NCBI RefSeq assembly: GCF_035594765.1
Contig: NC_085842.1
Coordinates: forward strand, 272,661,749-272,725,748
Length of the DNA stretch: 64,000 nucleotides
Direction of reading: 5' to 3'
DNA from: Anolis carolinensis
Taxonomy: Eukaryota
Positions 1 through 14,004 of the stretch are shown here, in pieces. The notes beneath the pieces are model-generated. The model was not told the DNA's origin, did not search any database, and worked only from the letters and a program-made list of their open reading frames with translations. Made by a program: the position numbers and the translations under genes. Each line of letters opens with the position of its first letter. Within the stretch, counting starts at the first letter, position 1.

Positions 1-870
1 ACCAATAACCATGCGCAGAGACCAGAATCTATCTAATATCTTTATTAAAGGAATATATAAAGTCAATAAAAACAAGTGAAGAATATAGTTCAGAAGTAGA
101 CCTTTCAGGAAAGGTCAAAAATAGTCCAGGAAACCAATGTCCAATATGTGATATTAGAGTCCAAAGTTGTAATCCCAAAACCGAAACACACACTTTGCCA
201 AGCAAAGTGTGGGGAAATGACAGGGTCCTTAAGTCCAATGGAGCTTGACAACAAGGCTGGAAGCAAACTAGATTCTTGGCAAACAAGGCTTGATACGTGG
301 CTACAAAAGACAAGAAGCAAGAACAGGGTCCGTGGCGAGGTCCGTGGAACAAGGAAAGCTTGATGCTAGAACAAGGTCCGTGAAACAAGGCTTGGAACTT
401 GGTCCTGGAGGCAAGGGACTGGAGTAGCGTAGTCCACACACGATCTCACTCCACAAGGTGACGAATTGACTCCGCAAGGATTTCTTTGCGGGCAAACACC
501 TATATAGGATCTTGTTTTCCCGCCAAGGAACACTTTCCCTGGGGAACAAGAAACGAAACCCATACTGTGTCCAGATGCATGACTCCTTAAAGTTTCCCAA
601 GGGAAACAGACTTAATCAGCTAATTGTCTGGCAGCTATCCTGGCGCTCCTGCGAGTCGCCTCCCGAGCGCCTCTATCTCGATTATAATAATCCCGGCGAG
701 AAAATAGGGGAGATTTCTGCTCAAGGCTTGTTTGGCTGACTTCCTGTGGACAAACATCTCGCAGGTGCAAGGGCTCCAATTCTGGCTGAAACGGTAGGAA
801 ACCCAAGTTTTCCTCTTCATCAGCCACAATAGTACTAGGAACGGGACTACATGGCCCATGAGCCATCACA
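1..870 (-). mobile_element. LTR of an LTR retrotransposon (Gypsy-like), truncated by the window start
   Basis: The minus strand begins TGTGATGG at 870. TATATA lies near 501 and AATAAA near 41-46 on the minus strand. Short internal repeats (aaca(a/g)ggtccgtg) lie at 320-390. The layout matches the TSD-flanked solo LTR at 19247-20027. Confidence 0.65.
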
Positions 871-2284
871 TTATCTGGCCTCAATAAATCCTTGTGGTAA
901 AATTCTCTGTCACGTTTCCCTTTGTGGTCACCCAGGATTATTGTAACCAGGGACACAGGTGTTTTGTCCAAAGTAGCTGAGGGTAGGCTGAAAGGGCCAC
1001 TACCTTGGCCTTATCCACACCAAGTTCATGCCATACTTTAGAATTAGCTGCAAGTTACAAAGTTACAAAGTTAAATTAAATAACATTAATAAAAGTTGCC
1101 CATAGTTTAACCCACATCTGTTGTGTTGCCTCTTTATTTCGGGGGTTGTGTGGCAAATGAATGTACCCCCATGCTCAAGATACTTATCTGCACACAGAAG
1201 CCTAGAACTGGTTGGGGGATTGTTTGGATTTCTCAATGACTTACAAATTGCAGATAGTTTTCTGTTCCGAGGAACTAGGATTTAATTATTGGAAGAGACT
1301 TAAGGGATGTGGTGAATTCATTCTGTTTTTTAGTTCAAAAATTGTTGAGAACAATCTAAGGGGCTGAACCACATTTTTGAGATAGGATTCAGCAACTTGA
1401 ATTCTTCTACTAAAGTTCTAAATAAACTAAGAAGTTTAGTCATGTACTGCTTCAATAAAATGGAATCTGCCAAGAAACGTAACCCAGAAATGTAACCCTA
1501 ACTCTCCTTTTGATTGATCAACTAATTAACCTTGAAATTGTGTTGCCTTCTTAAATATGATGGCTTGTAGGGCTATGATGAGGGCAGCCATTCTTCAAAT
1601 AACATAGCAGAGACAGGTACCGTACAAACTCCATTTCTCTGCTTGAGCATTATTTTCAGAATGCCTCTCAGTCTTGAATAACAAACACTTCCTGTGCTTT
1701 AATGATATGAGACACACATTAATTCTCCTGCACAAGAAGCCTAGGCAGGGAGTTTTAAAGCACAGCCTGCCAACTTCACAAATGAATGATGGTTTTATAA
1801 TGAGGGCAATGCTGGACTGCAAACACAGCACAGCCAGCTAGATTTAGTTCACTTGCAACCTTTACAGCCAACCTAAAATCTAATCAGTATAACATCTCAC
1901 CATTAATAATTTTGTTTGAGAGTCTGAAGCTTCTCCAGTCCAACTTCTCATCCAAAGTAGATGAAGTATAATCACACAGTATAAAAGCACATCTACCAAA
2001 TAGTCAGAGGATGGGATAAAATGTGCAATATATATTAAAATTAGGGTTAGGGTAAAACATCTGTGCTCTGCTTCATAATTTGATTTCCAATATGAAATTC
2101 ATATCAGTCAAAAGCTGAACATGGTGTCAGCTAATGACAGATGTCTTCCGTGTGCTTAGCAGCCATCAGACGACTAAAGGACTCTGAAGAGGTTGGAAAC
2201 TGTTTAATCGTAATGAGATATTCTATGCTACCCCATATCCTTAAAGAAACCTGAGAGGATGATCTAACATAAGACTATTTAGAG

Positions 2285-2385
2285 CAGTGGTTCTCAACCT
2301 GGGGTCCCCAGATATTTTTGTCCCACAACTCCCAGAAATCCCAGCCAATTTACCGGCTGTTGGGATTTCTGGGAGTTGAAGGCCA
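2285..2385. mobile_element. Partial hAT (Charlie-type) MITE
   Basis: Starts with the TIR CAGTGGTTCTCAACC and has an internal palindrome (ctcccagaaatccca...tgggatttctgggag). Same family as 20976-21109; the right end is missing. Confidence 0.75.
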
Positions 2386-3009
2386 CCAGCTATAGAGTTT
2401 CCCTGGAGTTATTTGCTTTTTTGCCTCATGGGAGCTGTTTTTCTATACCTGTAAAACATTTTTCATACAGAGCATACACTGAGTAGGCCTTCATAGGTCT
2501 GCTCATGTCATTCTTCTAGAGCAGAGAATGTACAGAAAGTGGATCAGGATGTACAGCAGAGGGAGACTTTGGCATCCATTCTGTTCTGGTGCTCAAAACA
2601 AATGTTCAAGGTCAGGAGCCTTCATATCAAAATGCATGACTGTCCCACCAGATTCTGCTTGGGGTTATTGGAGGAGGAAGAAATAATGTCCCAATTCTGT
2701 CTGCCCTATTCTTGGTACCACCCCTGTCACAAATGTGGCTGGTGGAAACAAGAGAGGAGGCCTTCTCCATGATCACCTCCCTCCTCTTGAACTCCCTCTC
2801 AAAAGAAATAAAAATGGCCCTCACCCTCCTCTCCTTTAAGAAACAGTTATAGACACATCTATGCACCTTAGAGTACGGAGAGGAGGAGGATTAATATAAT
2901 TGTCACCCGATAGCAGCTATGGTCTAAGTGAAACTACTACAGATACTGAACATTTTCTGCAATTTGGTCATTTAATTTGGTCCAGGTATACACTTGCTCT
3001 GTGCAATAA

Positions 3010-3300
3010 TGTTTTTACTGGGTGTCATGTTTAAATTTATTGGGTTTTTTCTAATTTGAAATGTATATTATAATGAGTATGCTATCGTCTTTTTATACTT
3101 TTGATATTAGGTGATGTACTTGTGCCATTGAATGTTTGCATTTATATGTATGTTAATCGCTCTGAGTCCCTCTGGGGAGAGAGGGCGGTCTAGAAATAAA
3201 GATTATTATTATTATTACTCTTATTTACTTATTTCCCACATTGGTACCTGGACCTTCTCATCCCAAAGGGGACTCGGGGCAGCCTTACAACAGGCAAAAA
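3010..3300. mobile_element. Two tail-to-tail L2/SINE-type 3' ends
   Basis: Plus-strand cgctctgagtccctctggggagagagggcgg...aataaa(tta)n, followed by the reverse-strand version (ccttctcatcccaaaggggactcggggcagcc). Confidence 0.6.
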
Positions 3301-3549
3301 TTCTATGCCAACAACATACAATTCCAAAAATAAACAGTTACAATTAATAACCAGACAATTAAAGGATCACTTATTAAATCTTTCAAGTGCCTTTTAAATA
3401 TCTCAATTTCTCTCTTTCTGCCATTTCTTCCTTTGCCTTGGCTTTCTTCAATTGATACAAATTGAGTCACAAGTACACAAATAGTGTGTATTCCATTAAC
3501 ACAGAAGGGGGAAAGGACACTAAGAGGTGGAGTTTTGCTCTTCCCAGTA

Positions 3550-3776
3550 GACACAATATCACATCAGTGTTTTAAAGCAGATTCTCCCGCTTTGCTATTG
3601 TGTGACTGCCTCCTGCAGTATTCTAGGAAATGTAGTCAAGAGGAGCTGAGAACCTCTCTAGCTGAGAATTCCAAAGGCCTCACCCTAAACTACATTTCCC
3701 AGAATTCTGCAGAAAGCAACTACACAATAACAAAGTTGGAGTACCCGCTTTAAAATTCTAATGTGATATCATCGTC
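3550..3776. mobile_element. Palindromic MITE (non-autonomous DNA transposon)
   Basis: Long imperfect terminal inverted repeats: atatcacatcagtgttttaaagc...ctttgctattgtgt versus acacaataacaaag...gctttaaaattctaatgtgatat. Confidence 0.65.
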
Positions 3777-4456
3777 TGAACCATGTCAATGTTAAATTAC
3801 TATTGCCATCTCTTTTCCTTGTAGCATACCAAATCTTATGCACATTTATGGCAAGCAGGCACAGCATGATCCAATCCCAATTATTCATTTATGTATATTT
3901 TTAAAGCATTTGCTAATATTCCTCTTTTTTTGCATAAAAGAGGGAAACCATTTAATTTTTAATGGAATATGGTAGAATGCACATGTGCAAAAGCTATCAG
4001 AACAATATGGCTTACAGTTTGTTGTCATTCAGTTTTTTTATGTTAAATTTCATTGATTTTAAGATCATATGCAGAACGTTCACATTAATGTTCTTCATAA
4101 AACTTTGGGATTTTATTTATTTATTTATTTAAAACGAAGGGGACTCAGGGGGGAGCACAACATATATATGGCAAACATTCAATGCCGGAGCATAAAATAA
4201 ACCATAAATATACATAAACACTAAAATCAGTTATCTTCACATTAAAACCATTATTTATTTATTTTGGGCATAGCATCATGTCCGTGTGGATAATACTTAG
4301 ACCTGATGGCAGATGAGCAGTGACTGAATTTCTACACTAATCATATGTTCATTTCCATGTCTGGCTATGTTTCTGAAATCAACAATGTGATTACAGTATA
4401 TGTAGTAAAATGTTCAATATGCAGAAATACGTGTGTGTGTGTGAATGTATATGTAT

Positions 4457-5045
4457 TAGGTCTGTGCGATAAATGAAAAAGTTTCAATACTCATTACAAA
4501 ATTAGAGGGTGGGGTAAATCATTTCTAAAGTGTTTCCAAAATTGGAAAGGGTCCTTATCATAACAATAATGAGTTAACTACTTTTTTGTTACTTTTCGTA
4601 TAGTAATTGTGTCACTGGGGAAACATCAGTGTCTGCTTTCTCCCTCATTGTTAGAACTATTGGCATGAAACTTGCTACAGCTATAGAACACATTTGCCAC
4701 TGTTAGCCCATCAAGTTTCAAAATGTTTCACTCATCCACAGATTTTTAGGGAATTTTCAAAGTTTTTACAAACAACATTTTTAAAGAGAAAACTACAAGA
4801 GCAATATCCTTGAAATTTCTGTACAATGGCACAAGATAACAGGGGACGATTCCCCAAGTTTCAGAAATATTCATACATCAGCTGATTTTTGGGAATTTTT
4901 AAAAAATTCTGACAAAAACATTTTTAAACTTCCAACAATATTTCATTGAATGTCTTTAACCTAGTGATACCATGAGATGCAGAGCCAATCTTAAGAAATG
5001 GGGCTACAAGTGGAGTCCACGACATGCATGTGTGGACAAGACCTA
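4457..5045. mobile_element. Old non-autonomous hAT related to the giant element at 46209-63391
   Basis: The first ~90 bp (taggtctgtgcgataaatgaaaaa...aaaattagagggtggggt) align with the reverse complement of 63300-63391. A possible TIR agaccta ends at 5045, but there is no matching TSD. Confidence 0.55.
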
Positions 5046-5509
5046 ACCACAGAGCACTTACTACTATGCAGTCTGAGCCCTGCCACACGCACAATAGAGG
5101 GCTTTCTTACAGTGACACCAGAGGCACTCGAAGTGGTCAGCTTCTGGTCAAAGAAAATTTAATATAATGCCAAGTTTTTAACTTTGTGGTTTTTTATACA
5201 TAATAACTGTATTCTCAATTTGCTTCTGACATGATAAATCGATAGCATAAATATTGAAGCCCAAATTACAAACTCAAGGAAGGATGCTAATAGTAAAACA
5301 GCTAGGTGAGTGGCAGGTGCCTTAGAGTAGGAACTGTAGGGCCACCCTGGATAATGTTTCTGGTTACAAGGAAAATATTCATCCCTCCCAAAGCTATTGG
5401 AGGGTCAATGTAGACCTACCTCCTTAATATATAGCTTCACCTGCAGACATCCATGATTACAAAATGAACAGCTATAGTAGAATAGCCCTCATATGTACTG
5501 CTATACTTA

Positions 5510-5775
5510 TAAAATCATAAAATCATTTAATAATGGAGTTAAAAGGTTCCTCATTAATTCAACCCCTGCTCAGCACAGGATTTCTAGCTAAAGCATCCCC
5601 AGCAGGTAGCATCCTGGCTTTTTGAAAATATTCAGAGAAAATATCCACTACCTCTCTAAAAAAATTAGTTCCATTACTGAATTGCTGTTGCTATCAACAG
5701 GTTCCTTCCAATGTTCAATCAATATCTGCTCTCCTGTAATGTAAAACTCCTAGACCTGGTTCTAACCTCACAGAC
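5510..5775 (-). mobile_element. Degenerate CR1 LINE 3' end
   Basis: aatcataaaatcat tail, then caacccctgctc...gttccattactga...gttccttccaatgttcaat, the antisense CR1 3' signature. Confidence 0.65.
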
Positions 5776-8648
5776 AGCAGAAAATACCCAGGTGACTTTC
5801 TTATGGTTCAGGATCAGGGATGTAAACCTTTGTGTATTTTGTTCCTCCATTCAAGAAGGAATCACTTCAAAAATATTCCACCTGGTGGGTTACAGGAGTT
5901 TTTGCTTAGATTTTGATTTTTATTATTTTTGCACATTTTGTTGGACAGGATGATCCCATTTTTCATTATGCCTGAATAGTCCTTTAGACATTTCAGAATG
6001 TACAATACTTGAGACATATGTTTTTAATTATGATAGGAGTATCTGATTGAAAAAAATCAAATATGCTTGGATATAATTACTTAGTAGATAAAATGTAAAT
6101 GATGGCATTAAAACAAAAAATAGCAATACAATTGTCAACAATTCACATTTTAATATATTTCTGAGCTGAGAACTGCTCTGCAAAATCTAAAGAAGTGCAA
6201 AATCTTAAGAATTACTTTGTCATGATCAACACATTACTATAAAATGTTAGCTTGAATCAGAACTCACAAATATAGAATTCCTCAAGCATCACCTCATTTA
6301 TCGAGCATTTCTAGCCATTTTGCCCCACCTGTCTATTACCCTGTGAAAATAATGAGAACCCGAAGTAGAGTCCCTAGCTGCTTCAACTGATGTGAGAAGT
6401 GCAATTCCATTCTGAATTTTTCCCTGTGTTATCAAGGTCTTTGTATGCTGCTTTGATCAGAGTGATGTGCTATCTCTGCCCTTTCCCCTGTTCAGCCTTC
6501 ATAAATCAGAGACACCCATCTAGTAGGTTCACTGGGCAATGCCAATTTAATTTGGCATAATGGATAATAAAACAAGAGGGTTTCCAATGCAGCTGCCTGT
6601 ACCGAACTGACATTTGGCAGTAGGCAACCTTTCTAAAGTTCAGGAACTGCATTAAAGAGAGGATTATAAAGGGCATCATTACAATTTAGCAAGGGGAAAC
6701 TGTTATTCAGCATTTCAATTATTGGACTACTTGGAGTGGCAGGCAGAAATAATAGACACAAATTAGTACTATTGAATGTTCCTAAGTATCTATTCAGTAG
6801 CCTTGAAAAGTGATTTGGACTCCAATGCTGTTATAAATTTGAAAATATTCAAATAAACTTGTGTGCCTGGCAGTCTATGTTTCCTCAAAGCGTTGCTTTC
6901 TAAAGAGCTTTATCAATGTAGAATTATAGACATGCAACATCCACCTTATTAGCCTGATTGTAGCTCTATTAGCATTTTCTCCACCTTACCCACTGCTAAA
7001 GACACACATAATTTATTTAAGACTCACTCACAAGTTACGGCCCAGCAAAATAAACAAGAGTTCTGCTTCTACACAATTTTAATTAGTCCATGGAGACTAC
7101 TTTTGCAGTACCTTGGCATACATAATGCCAGTTCCATATCTCAGCATGCATAATGCTATCTGTATTGTAGTAAATCATATTGCTCAGAAAATAAAGATTA
7201 CCAAGTGGTTTACAGTGGAAAGTGAGAGAAGGCAATGAAGTAAAAAAAAATCATGGATTTCGAAGATGTTCATAATTTGTTTTTTAATCTAAAAATGTCA
7301 CACACCTGTGTTTGTTCACTATATTTTTCACTAAAACTGAAATTGCATACTCTTTCTTACACCTAACAATAAGGTTGTCATTTGCCAAAGTAATTATTAT
7401 AGAAGAAAAATGTAGAATTTGCTTAGACCATCATATACACATATTTTGGAAATTACATGCAGTCAATGAAGGAAAGCCGAACTCAAACTGATGTTCTTTT
7501 TGCCAGGAATATGTAAGTCACATTTTCAAAGTATAAATTGAGTTTGGAATATAAAGTGACCCTTCCTTGGCTATGTGGAAATGCCTTGAGACAAATGGGG
7601 ATGAGTGCTAGAGCATCATGCAACTTTTTCATCCAAGTGCTAAATCCATTTCCCCCACTGCAGTGGATCTGTCCTTGCTCTGGATTCTACAGGCCTCAAA
7701 GTAAGAAACAGAGGTACCCAGCAAGAGGCAGGGGAGAAGATGAGATACATTCCTGCTGCATTGAAATTGTTGTTGCACTTGTAACTAATATTGCTTTGGA
7801 ATTATAACTGTGGTGTATCCATTGATGGAGAGGAGCTTTTGCCCACTTTCAGTTACTTTCTCAGCACTGCATCTTGTAAGACTTACCAGTCCTACAAGTC
7901 TTGTAAGTTTTTCAAGTCTTTAATGTAAGTGTATGAGTGTATGCAAAAGTAACCTTTATCACACACTAAAAATTGCATCCTCCCAGTTCAGCTCTACAAG
8001 TTCAAGTTCATCCTTTACATTCTGGCTAATCTTCTCTCCTTCCGCAACACGACTTTAGGTAGATTAACAGGCAGGAATAGGCCATGGGCTGATTAAAGAG
8101 TAAAAGATGTGGAGGAAGCCACTTAATTCATCTTAATTAACCATAGCAGGCACCAAGAACGTGTGGCTGTATGGCTTACTTAATTTAGTACAGATTCTGT
8201 ACCAAAGAGAAATATCGTATCATCCTTTTGTTCTTTGCCATTCCCTAGCAAATTTCCTGGAGTAATGATGCAGATAATGTTTGGAATTGGGGAGTATGCA
8301 ATGAGTGCTTCCCTACTGCAGAATTTTTAGTCAGATTATGTGCCAGAATCTTTCTAATTTTCAGATTTGGATCATAATTATCACTTTTATAACTACAGCA
8401 GGAGGCTTCCTCAGTAGTGTAGCCATGCCACCTTCTTTTCAGAACTCACTTGGAGATTGCAATTAGAAAAGCAGTGCCAATGCCTAATGCTGAAAAGTTC
8501 ATAAGCAATAGCCTTATGATTGCCAAGACTCTGGGACTTGCAGTTTCTTGGTCATTGATAACAATGCAAACCCTTAGAAGACCAAACTATATTTCCCAGA
8601 GATTTAGGCAACTGGCACTATCCCACTGCATAATAAAGGCATTAGCAC

Positions 8649-9824
8649 TAGAGGTGTGCAAAATGGCTGAAATCTGATTAGTAATTTGTTTTGGAGATTC
8701 AAATGCCCCCTGTTTCATTTCATAATAATTCAAAGGGGTCTTGTTCCAAGGAGTTATCTGAATCCTTGAAACATCGTAATTTCTTTGTTAAGACTTGTTC
8801 AATTAGCAGTAATGGGGAAAAAATCATACTTGTTTCTGTGCCATTTTTATGGCTATCAGGGTGAAACTTAGCACAATTGTAGGAAGCATTTATGACTTTA
8901 AGTCTGCCAAGTTTCATAACATTCCAATCATCCACTGATTTTTAGGAATTTTATTTTTTTTACAAATAATTTTTAAAAGCAACAAAAGGTATCCTCAAAT
9001 TGTTTCACAGTGAGGCAACATGAGCAGAGCATCAAGTCTGCCATGTTTCAGAACAATCAATCGATCCACTGATTTTAAAGAATTTTTCACTTTAAGTATA
9101 TGGGACTTAAGAAAACTAAGGGGAAAAGAAGGGCTGTAATGTTTGGGGAGGGATGGGAATTTGGAAAATATAGGTTAGGGGTAAGACGCACAGACACTGA
9201 AGGGGGCTGACAGGAGGAAGAGGCTACTAGGCCTCCCTCCTCCCACCAACCATCATTTCCCCTCACAGCCCCATCCATTCATGCTCATTGCTTTAGTTGC
9301 ATCAGTTTTTACCTCAGAAATGAGACCCTCCACTCACCTTAAAAATTGAGAGCCACTGTAAGCAGTGTTGGACTAGACCCCACCAGGGATGCTTGTGCCC
9401 TCGGGACCATAGAGTGCCTCACAGGTCATGGCTAGAATGAACGAGCCTGTCTGTGAATAAGCGCAATCTTAACCATAGAGTCTCCCATTTTCCTGAACCA
9501 CACAGCCAGGTGGGTTGTAATGCTAGAGTGGCAGTGGATGCTAATGACCAACTCTCAGAACAGGCCACATACAGCTACTCTTGTCAATGACATCAGCCCC
9601 CTCCTACCCCATGCAATTATGGACGGCGGAGTATGTTACATTGAAAAAAAACCCTCCAAAACAACAAATTTTTATGAATCTCTCCAAAAGGTTTGGAGGC
9701 TTGTGTTTCAATTTGTAATGCTTCAGAGGGCTTCCTTTTCGATTAGTAATTCAGAGATTCATATTACCGAATCATACAAACCTCTGAATTAAGAAACAAA
9801 ATTCTGAAGTTTTGCACACCCCTA
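8649..9824. mobile_element. Non-autonomous hAT element, 1176 bp, with both ends
   Basis: 15-bp TIRs TAGAGGTGTGCAAAA / TTTTGCACACCCCTA (1 mismatch). Perfect 8-bp TSD ATTAGCAC at 8641-8648 and 9825-9832. Confidence 0.9.
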
Positions 9825-9848
9825 ATTAGCACCCATTTTTTATAAAAA

Positions 9849-9910
9849 CAGTCACCCTTTGTATCCATGTATTTTGTATCTATGTATCCCACCTCTACAG
9901 CTTGAAAATA
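9849..9910. mobile_element. Possible Tigger/pogo-type MITE end
   Basis: cagtcaccctttgtatccatg...tgtatct resembles Tigger-type termini; the match is short. Confidence 0.35.
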
Positions 9911-12540
9911 TTTTTTTTTAATTATAAAATCCACGATCTTACTCTCACAAGCAATTGAGTTTCATGAATAGAGTTATCTATTGTCTTGGTTGGGATTTCA
10001 TCTCATACTGAGGAGTGGCTCTGAATTCAGAACTGAATATATTTTGGATTGGTTCAGTATCTGGAAATGCACTTTTAAAGTTATATAAGGTACAGAACCA
10101 TTTTAGGAATAACGTTCAATACTTTGGATAGATCCTTCACAATTCAGATCAAAATCTAATGTAGCCACACTGAAATCAGTGGCAGTACCCATGGTTGCCC
10201 CCACTTCCCTAGAGTGGAGCAAAAGGAAAGTGGAAAGAACGGGGAAAAATTGTGCAAAGCCAAACACATAACATAAGGTTCTGTTTTACAGAAAATGCAG
10301 GTTCTCTGCTACAAAAATGTAGGGTTTATTTGTGCGTGTGCATGTGCATGTGTGCAGGAAAGGCCTACTCTGTGAACATTCATCAAACACTACAGTTTTC
10401 AAACACAGCAAAAGAAGTCTGCTCAAAATAAACCCACTGGATTCCTTCTTTTGCATAGATATACATCTTACTTTTCCTCAAACTGTAATTGTTACTGACA
10501 ATGATGGATTTAGATCTTCAAGCTGAGACAGCTGCACATTTTATTGTTGGCTCACCCAAAAGATATTGCTCCATGGAATTGATATAGTAGCAATGGGCCA
10601 CACTCCCTCACACACACCAATAAATACATCTGCAATGGTAGATGGACAACAGCTGATTTATGAGCTTACAAGATGAAATGGAAAATGCCCCTATTAAAAA
10701 TCTGCCATTTTTTCAGATAGCCTCGCTGGCTTTAAGAAATGTGAGACTTGGTTTGATTTCATTCTGAAGTAATGTAGTTTGAAATTGAAATGAGTCTCTA
10801 TCCCTACACAAAAACTGTTGACATTTCCAGTCTTCCATTTGAGTCCATAAAAGGCAGGACTGAAGGATGGATAGATTCGCAGAATAAACTCTGTACAGGG
10901 TTCTGTACAGAGAATGGGCTTTATAATGAATAGATCCATTACATCTCAAACATTCTGGTTGCATTTCTTTTCCTATCAGTAGACAACAAATTAATTGAAA
11001 GTAATAATATTTTAAATTATCTGATTTTAAAGAACACCTCTTGGATTGTTTGCCCTGGAATATTCTGCAACTTTTGTTAATGCGGTTCAAGGCTGTATTA
11101 ATTAGAATCAGCTCAAGCAGCCATCACAGAGATGATTTGCCCCCTCCCTTTACTTTTCTACCTTGAAACAGAAATATATCTGAAAATAGTAATTTGTTTT
11201 AACATGTTTCTTTTTAAAACTAATTTTGTTTCCATTATTTATCAATAGTTTATGCCACTATTCATTATAATTCTGAAAGGGAACTCATAACACTGCTGTA
11301 CACTGCTAATTTTTTCCCATTTATTTGTATCTTTTATATTGCTCTCTGTTATCTTTTGACTTGATAAGAGATTAATTTTAATCCACTCTTATTTGTTCAC
11401 TTATGGAAAATAACATCATTGTTCTACTCTAATCGTCCATTGCTAACTAGTTTCTGGTAACTACATGGCTTAAATTCACTTTTTCCAAGCTCTATTAAAC
11501 TTAAATATAGTCATCAAGCAATATTTTCTACATTTACTGTCTTGCAAATAGTGGGTTTTAAATGCTCAATCATACCATTAACGGCTATGGAAAATACGGA
11601 TGTAATACTGTTGGTGAGTTATCCCGGAGTAAATATCGTTACACAAAAGTAAGATGCAAGAAGGTGTAAAATAATCCTGATTGGAGATGTTCAAAAAACA
11701 TAAACTTTACATGACAGGTAAGCATGAGATAGAGTCATCTTTTATACAATCAATCATGCAACAGTAAGATCTGCAACAATTCTAGAGTAGCATAACTCTG
11801 GCTTGGCTGTGCATGCAGCTGCTGTAAAGGGTCTTAGCATATATGTATATTTAGCAATGTCAGTTCTTTTTGCAATGAACCAGACTGCAATTGCAAAATC
11901 TAATGAGTGCAGTGCACCACAAGATCAGCCGTGCTACCTTAGCCTCTTGTGAATCAATAAACAGAGTAAATACAAGGACAATCTCAATGATATGAAGCTC
12001 GTGGGATGTGTTTAGATACTGCAGAATGACCAAAAAAGAATGTTCATGTTTAATGTTAACAAACTGAAAAATGGAATATTTAACAAATGGAGCGAAGGAG
12101 CTTATTATCCCCCAGGCACATCACACAATTGAAATTGATAGGCAAGTTTGAAATATTAATTCATATAATTAATTAAATGTTATTTGTCAGTCTTACTTCA
12201 TACTGTGAAAATGTCTAATGCATTTAAGGAAATTTAACTGCATACTTTTAGTTCTCGTCGAGAGTGGTGAAGAAATCTTTCAAAATATGTTTGAGTGAAT
12301 TTTTGTGTTTTTCCCAATTATTCCTAAGGCATGACCCATCTGCTATATTAGTAAATGCAACCTCATGCACATAGATCTGAGTGACAACAATTCTGGCAGC
12401 TTAAATAGTAACTTGCTTTTTTCCTGCATAAACTGTCACGGTCTCTATCCCACTTCATCAGAAACAAGAACTGAGTAAAGGAGTTAACATACCCACCTCT
12501 TTTTGTCAAGTTATAAGATATAAGTTATAAGTTATCAGAG

Positions 12541-13062
12541 GGCCGGGCTGTGGCGCAGCTGGTTAGTAGCCAGCTGCAATAAATCATTACTGAACGAGAG
12601 GTCATGAGTTCAAAGCCAGCCCACGTCTGATTGAGTACCTGACCATTAAAAATAGCCCAGCTTGTTGTTGACCTAAGCAACCCGAAATAATTTGCATCTG
12701 TCAAATAGGAAATTTAGGTACCACTTATGTGGGGAGGCTAATTTAACTAATTTACAACACCATAAAAATTGTCCAGGAGTATGTGGAAAGGAATGAGGAA
12801 GCAATCCATCAAGGACTCAGTGTCACAGTGGATGATGAAGCAGTAGCTTCCCCCTGTGGCCAGAATTGAGCACACCCTCATGAAGCCTGGAAGCTGGAAC
12901 ATGTTAAATTGCCTCTGTGTCTTCGTCTCTGTCTCTGTCTGTATGTCATATGGCATTGAATGTTTGCCATGTATATGTACATTGTGATCCACCCTGAGTC
13001 CCCTTCGGGGTGAGAAGGGCGGAAAATAAATACTTGAAATAAATAATAAAGAAATAAAGAAA
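12541..13062 (+). mobile_element. tRNA-derived SINE with L2-type tail (ACASINE2-like)
   Basis: A-box-like tggcgcagctgg, B-box-like gagttcaaagcc, and the 3' end ccctgagtccccttcggggtgagaagggcgg followed by an (aaat)n tail. Confidence 0.85.
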
Positions 13063-13454
13063 AGGTGTGCAAACTTTATGCAAGCAAAGCAGAGAAAATA
13101 CGTTGTGTAATTGTTGGTAAATACATATTCATTTATTTTCCTAAGCAGATGCTCCTGTCTTCGTGTTATCCATTTGATTTTGCTACTCTTAACAAAAAGG
13201 TTGAAATATTTGCCCTGAGGATCACTAATAGTAAAAGAAAAAGGATGGCATCTGCTAAAGAAATAATATAAATGTGGAATAATCATTGAGGTTTGTTCAA
13301 TAAAAATTTAGGACACAGACGTAAATTTCTAACACAGAAAAGAAAGGGGGTGGGGGAAATCCAGAGAAAACCTTAAAGGCACATGTGCCAGTTATCATGA
13401 GTATTAAGAATACAAGGTTTTCTTGCTATTGTAATGAAATAATATGAGGTAATA

Positions 13455-14004
13455 TGCAAGAGCAGAGAAACTGATTTTTGGCTGCATCAAAAGAAATATA
13501 ATATTTAGTTCAAGGGAAATAATGTTGACTCTCTGTCCTGTTTTAATCAGAACTCACCTAGAATACTGTGTCCAATTCTAGGCACCACAACATAAAAAAG
13601 ATATTGACAAGCTGGAAGGTGACCAGAGAAGGCTATTAAAATGATGAAAGGTCTGGTGCCCATGTCCTATAATGAACGGCTTAAAAAGTTAGGTATGTCT
13701 AACCTGCAAAAGGTTGAGAGGAGACATTATTGTCAAGTTTAAAGATGTGAAAGGACATGATAAGGAAGAGAGAAAAGGCTTGTTTTCTGCTGCCCTGGAG
13801 ACTTGGACTCAGAGCAATGTGTTCAAATTACAAGAAAGGAGATTCAGCAGCTCTCTGCCTCGAAGTGTAGTGGAAGCTCCTTTTTTAGAGGCTTTTAAAA
13901 AGAGTGGATAAACATCTGTCAGGGGTACTTTGTGCTTTTCATACATGGCAGCGGGTTGGACTAGATGGCCATTGTGGTCTCTTCCAACTCTACAATTCTA
14001 TGAT
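13455..14004 (+). mobile_element. CR1 LINE 3' fragment (degenerate ORF2 C-terminus and 3' UTR)
   Basis: cacctagaatactgtgtccaattc (HLEYCVQF) and gacaagctggaa motifs. The end is ggttggactagatggcc...tcttccaactc...attctatgat. Confidence 0.9.

Noticed and set aside
29-971. Several overlapping 65-136 aa ORFs
   Set aside because: They lie almost entirely within an LTR and show no protein motifs.
11550-11725. Two donor-like sites (ttg/gtgagt, cag/gtaagc) suggesting a host exon
   Set aside because: There is no clear acceptor or recognisable peptide, so it cannot be supported without RNA or conservation data.
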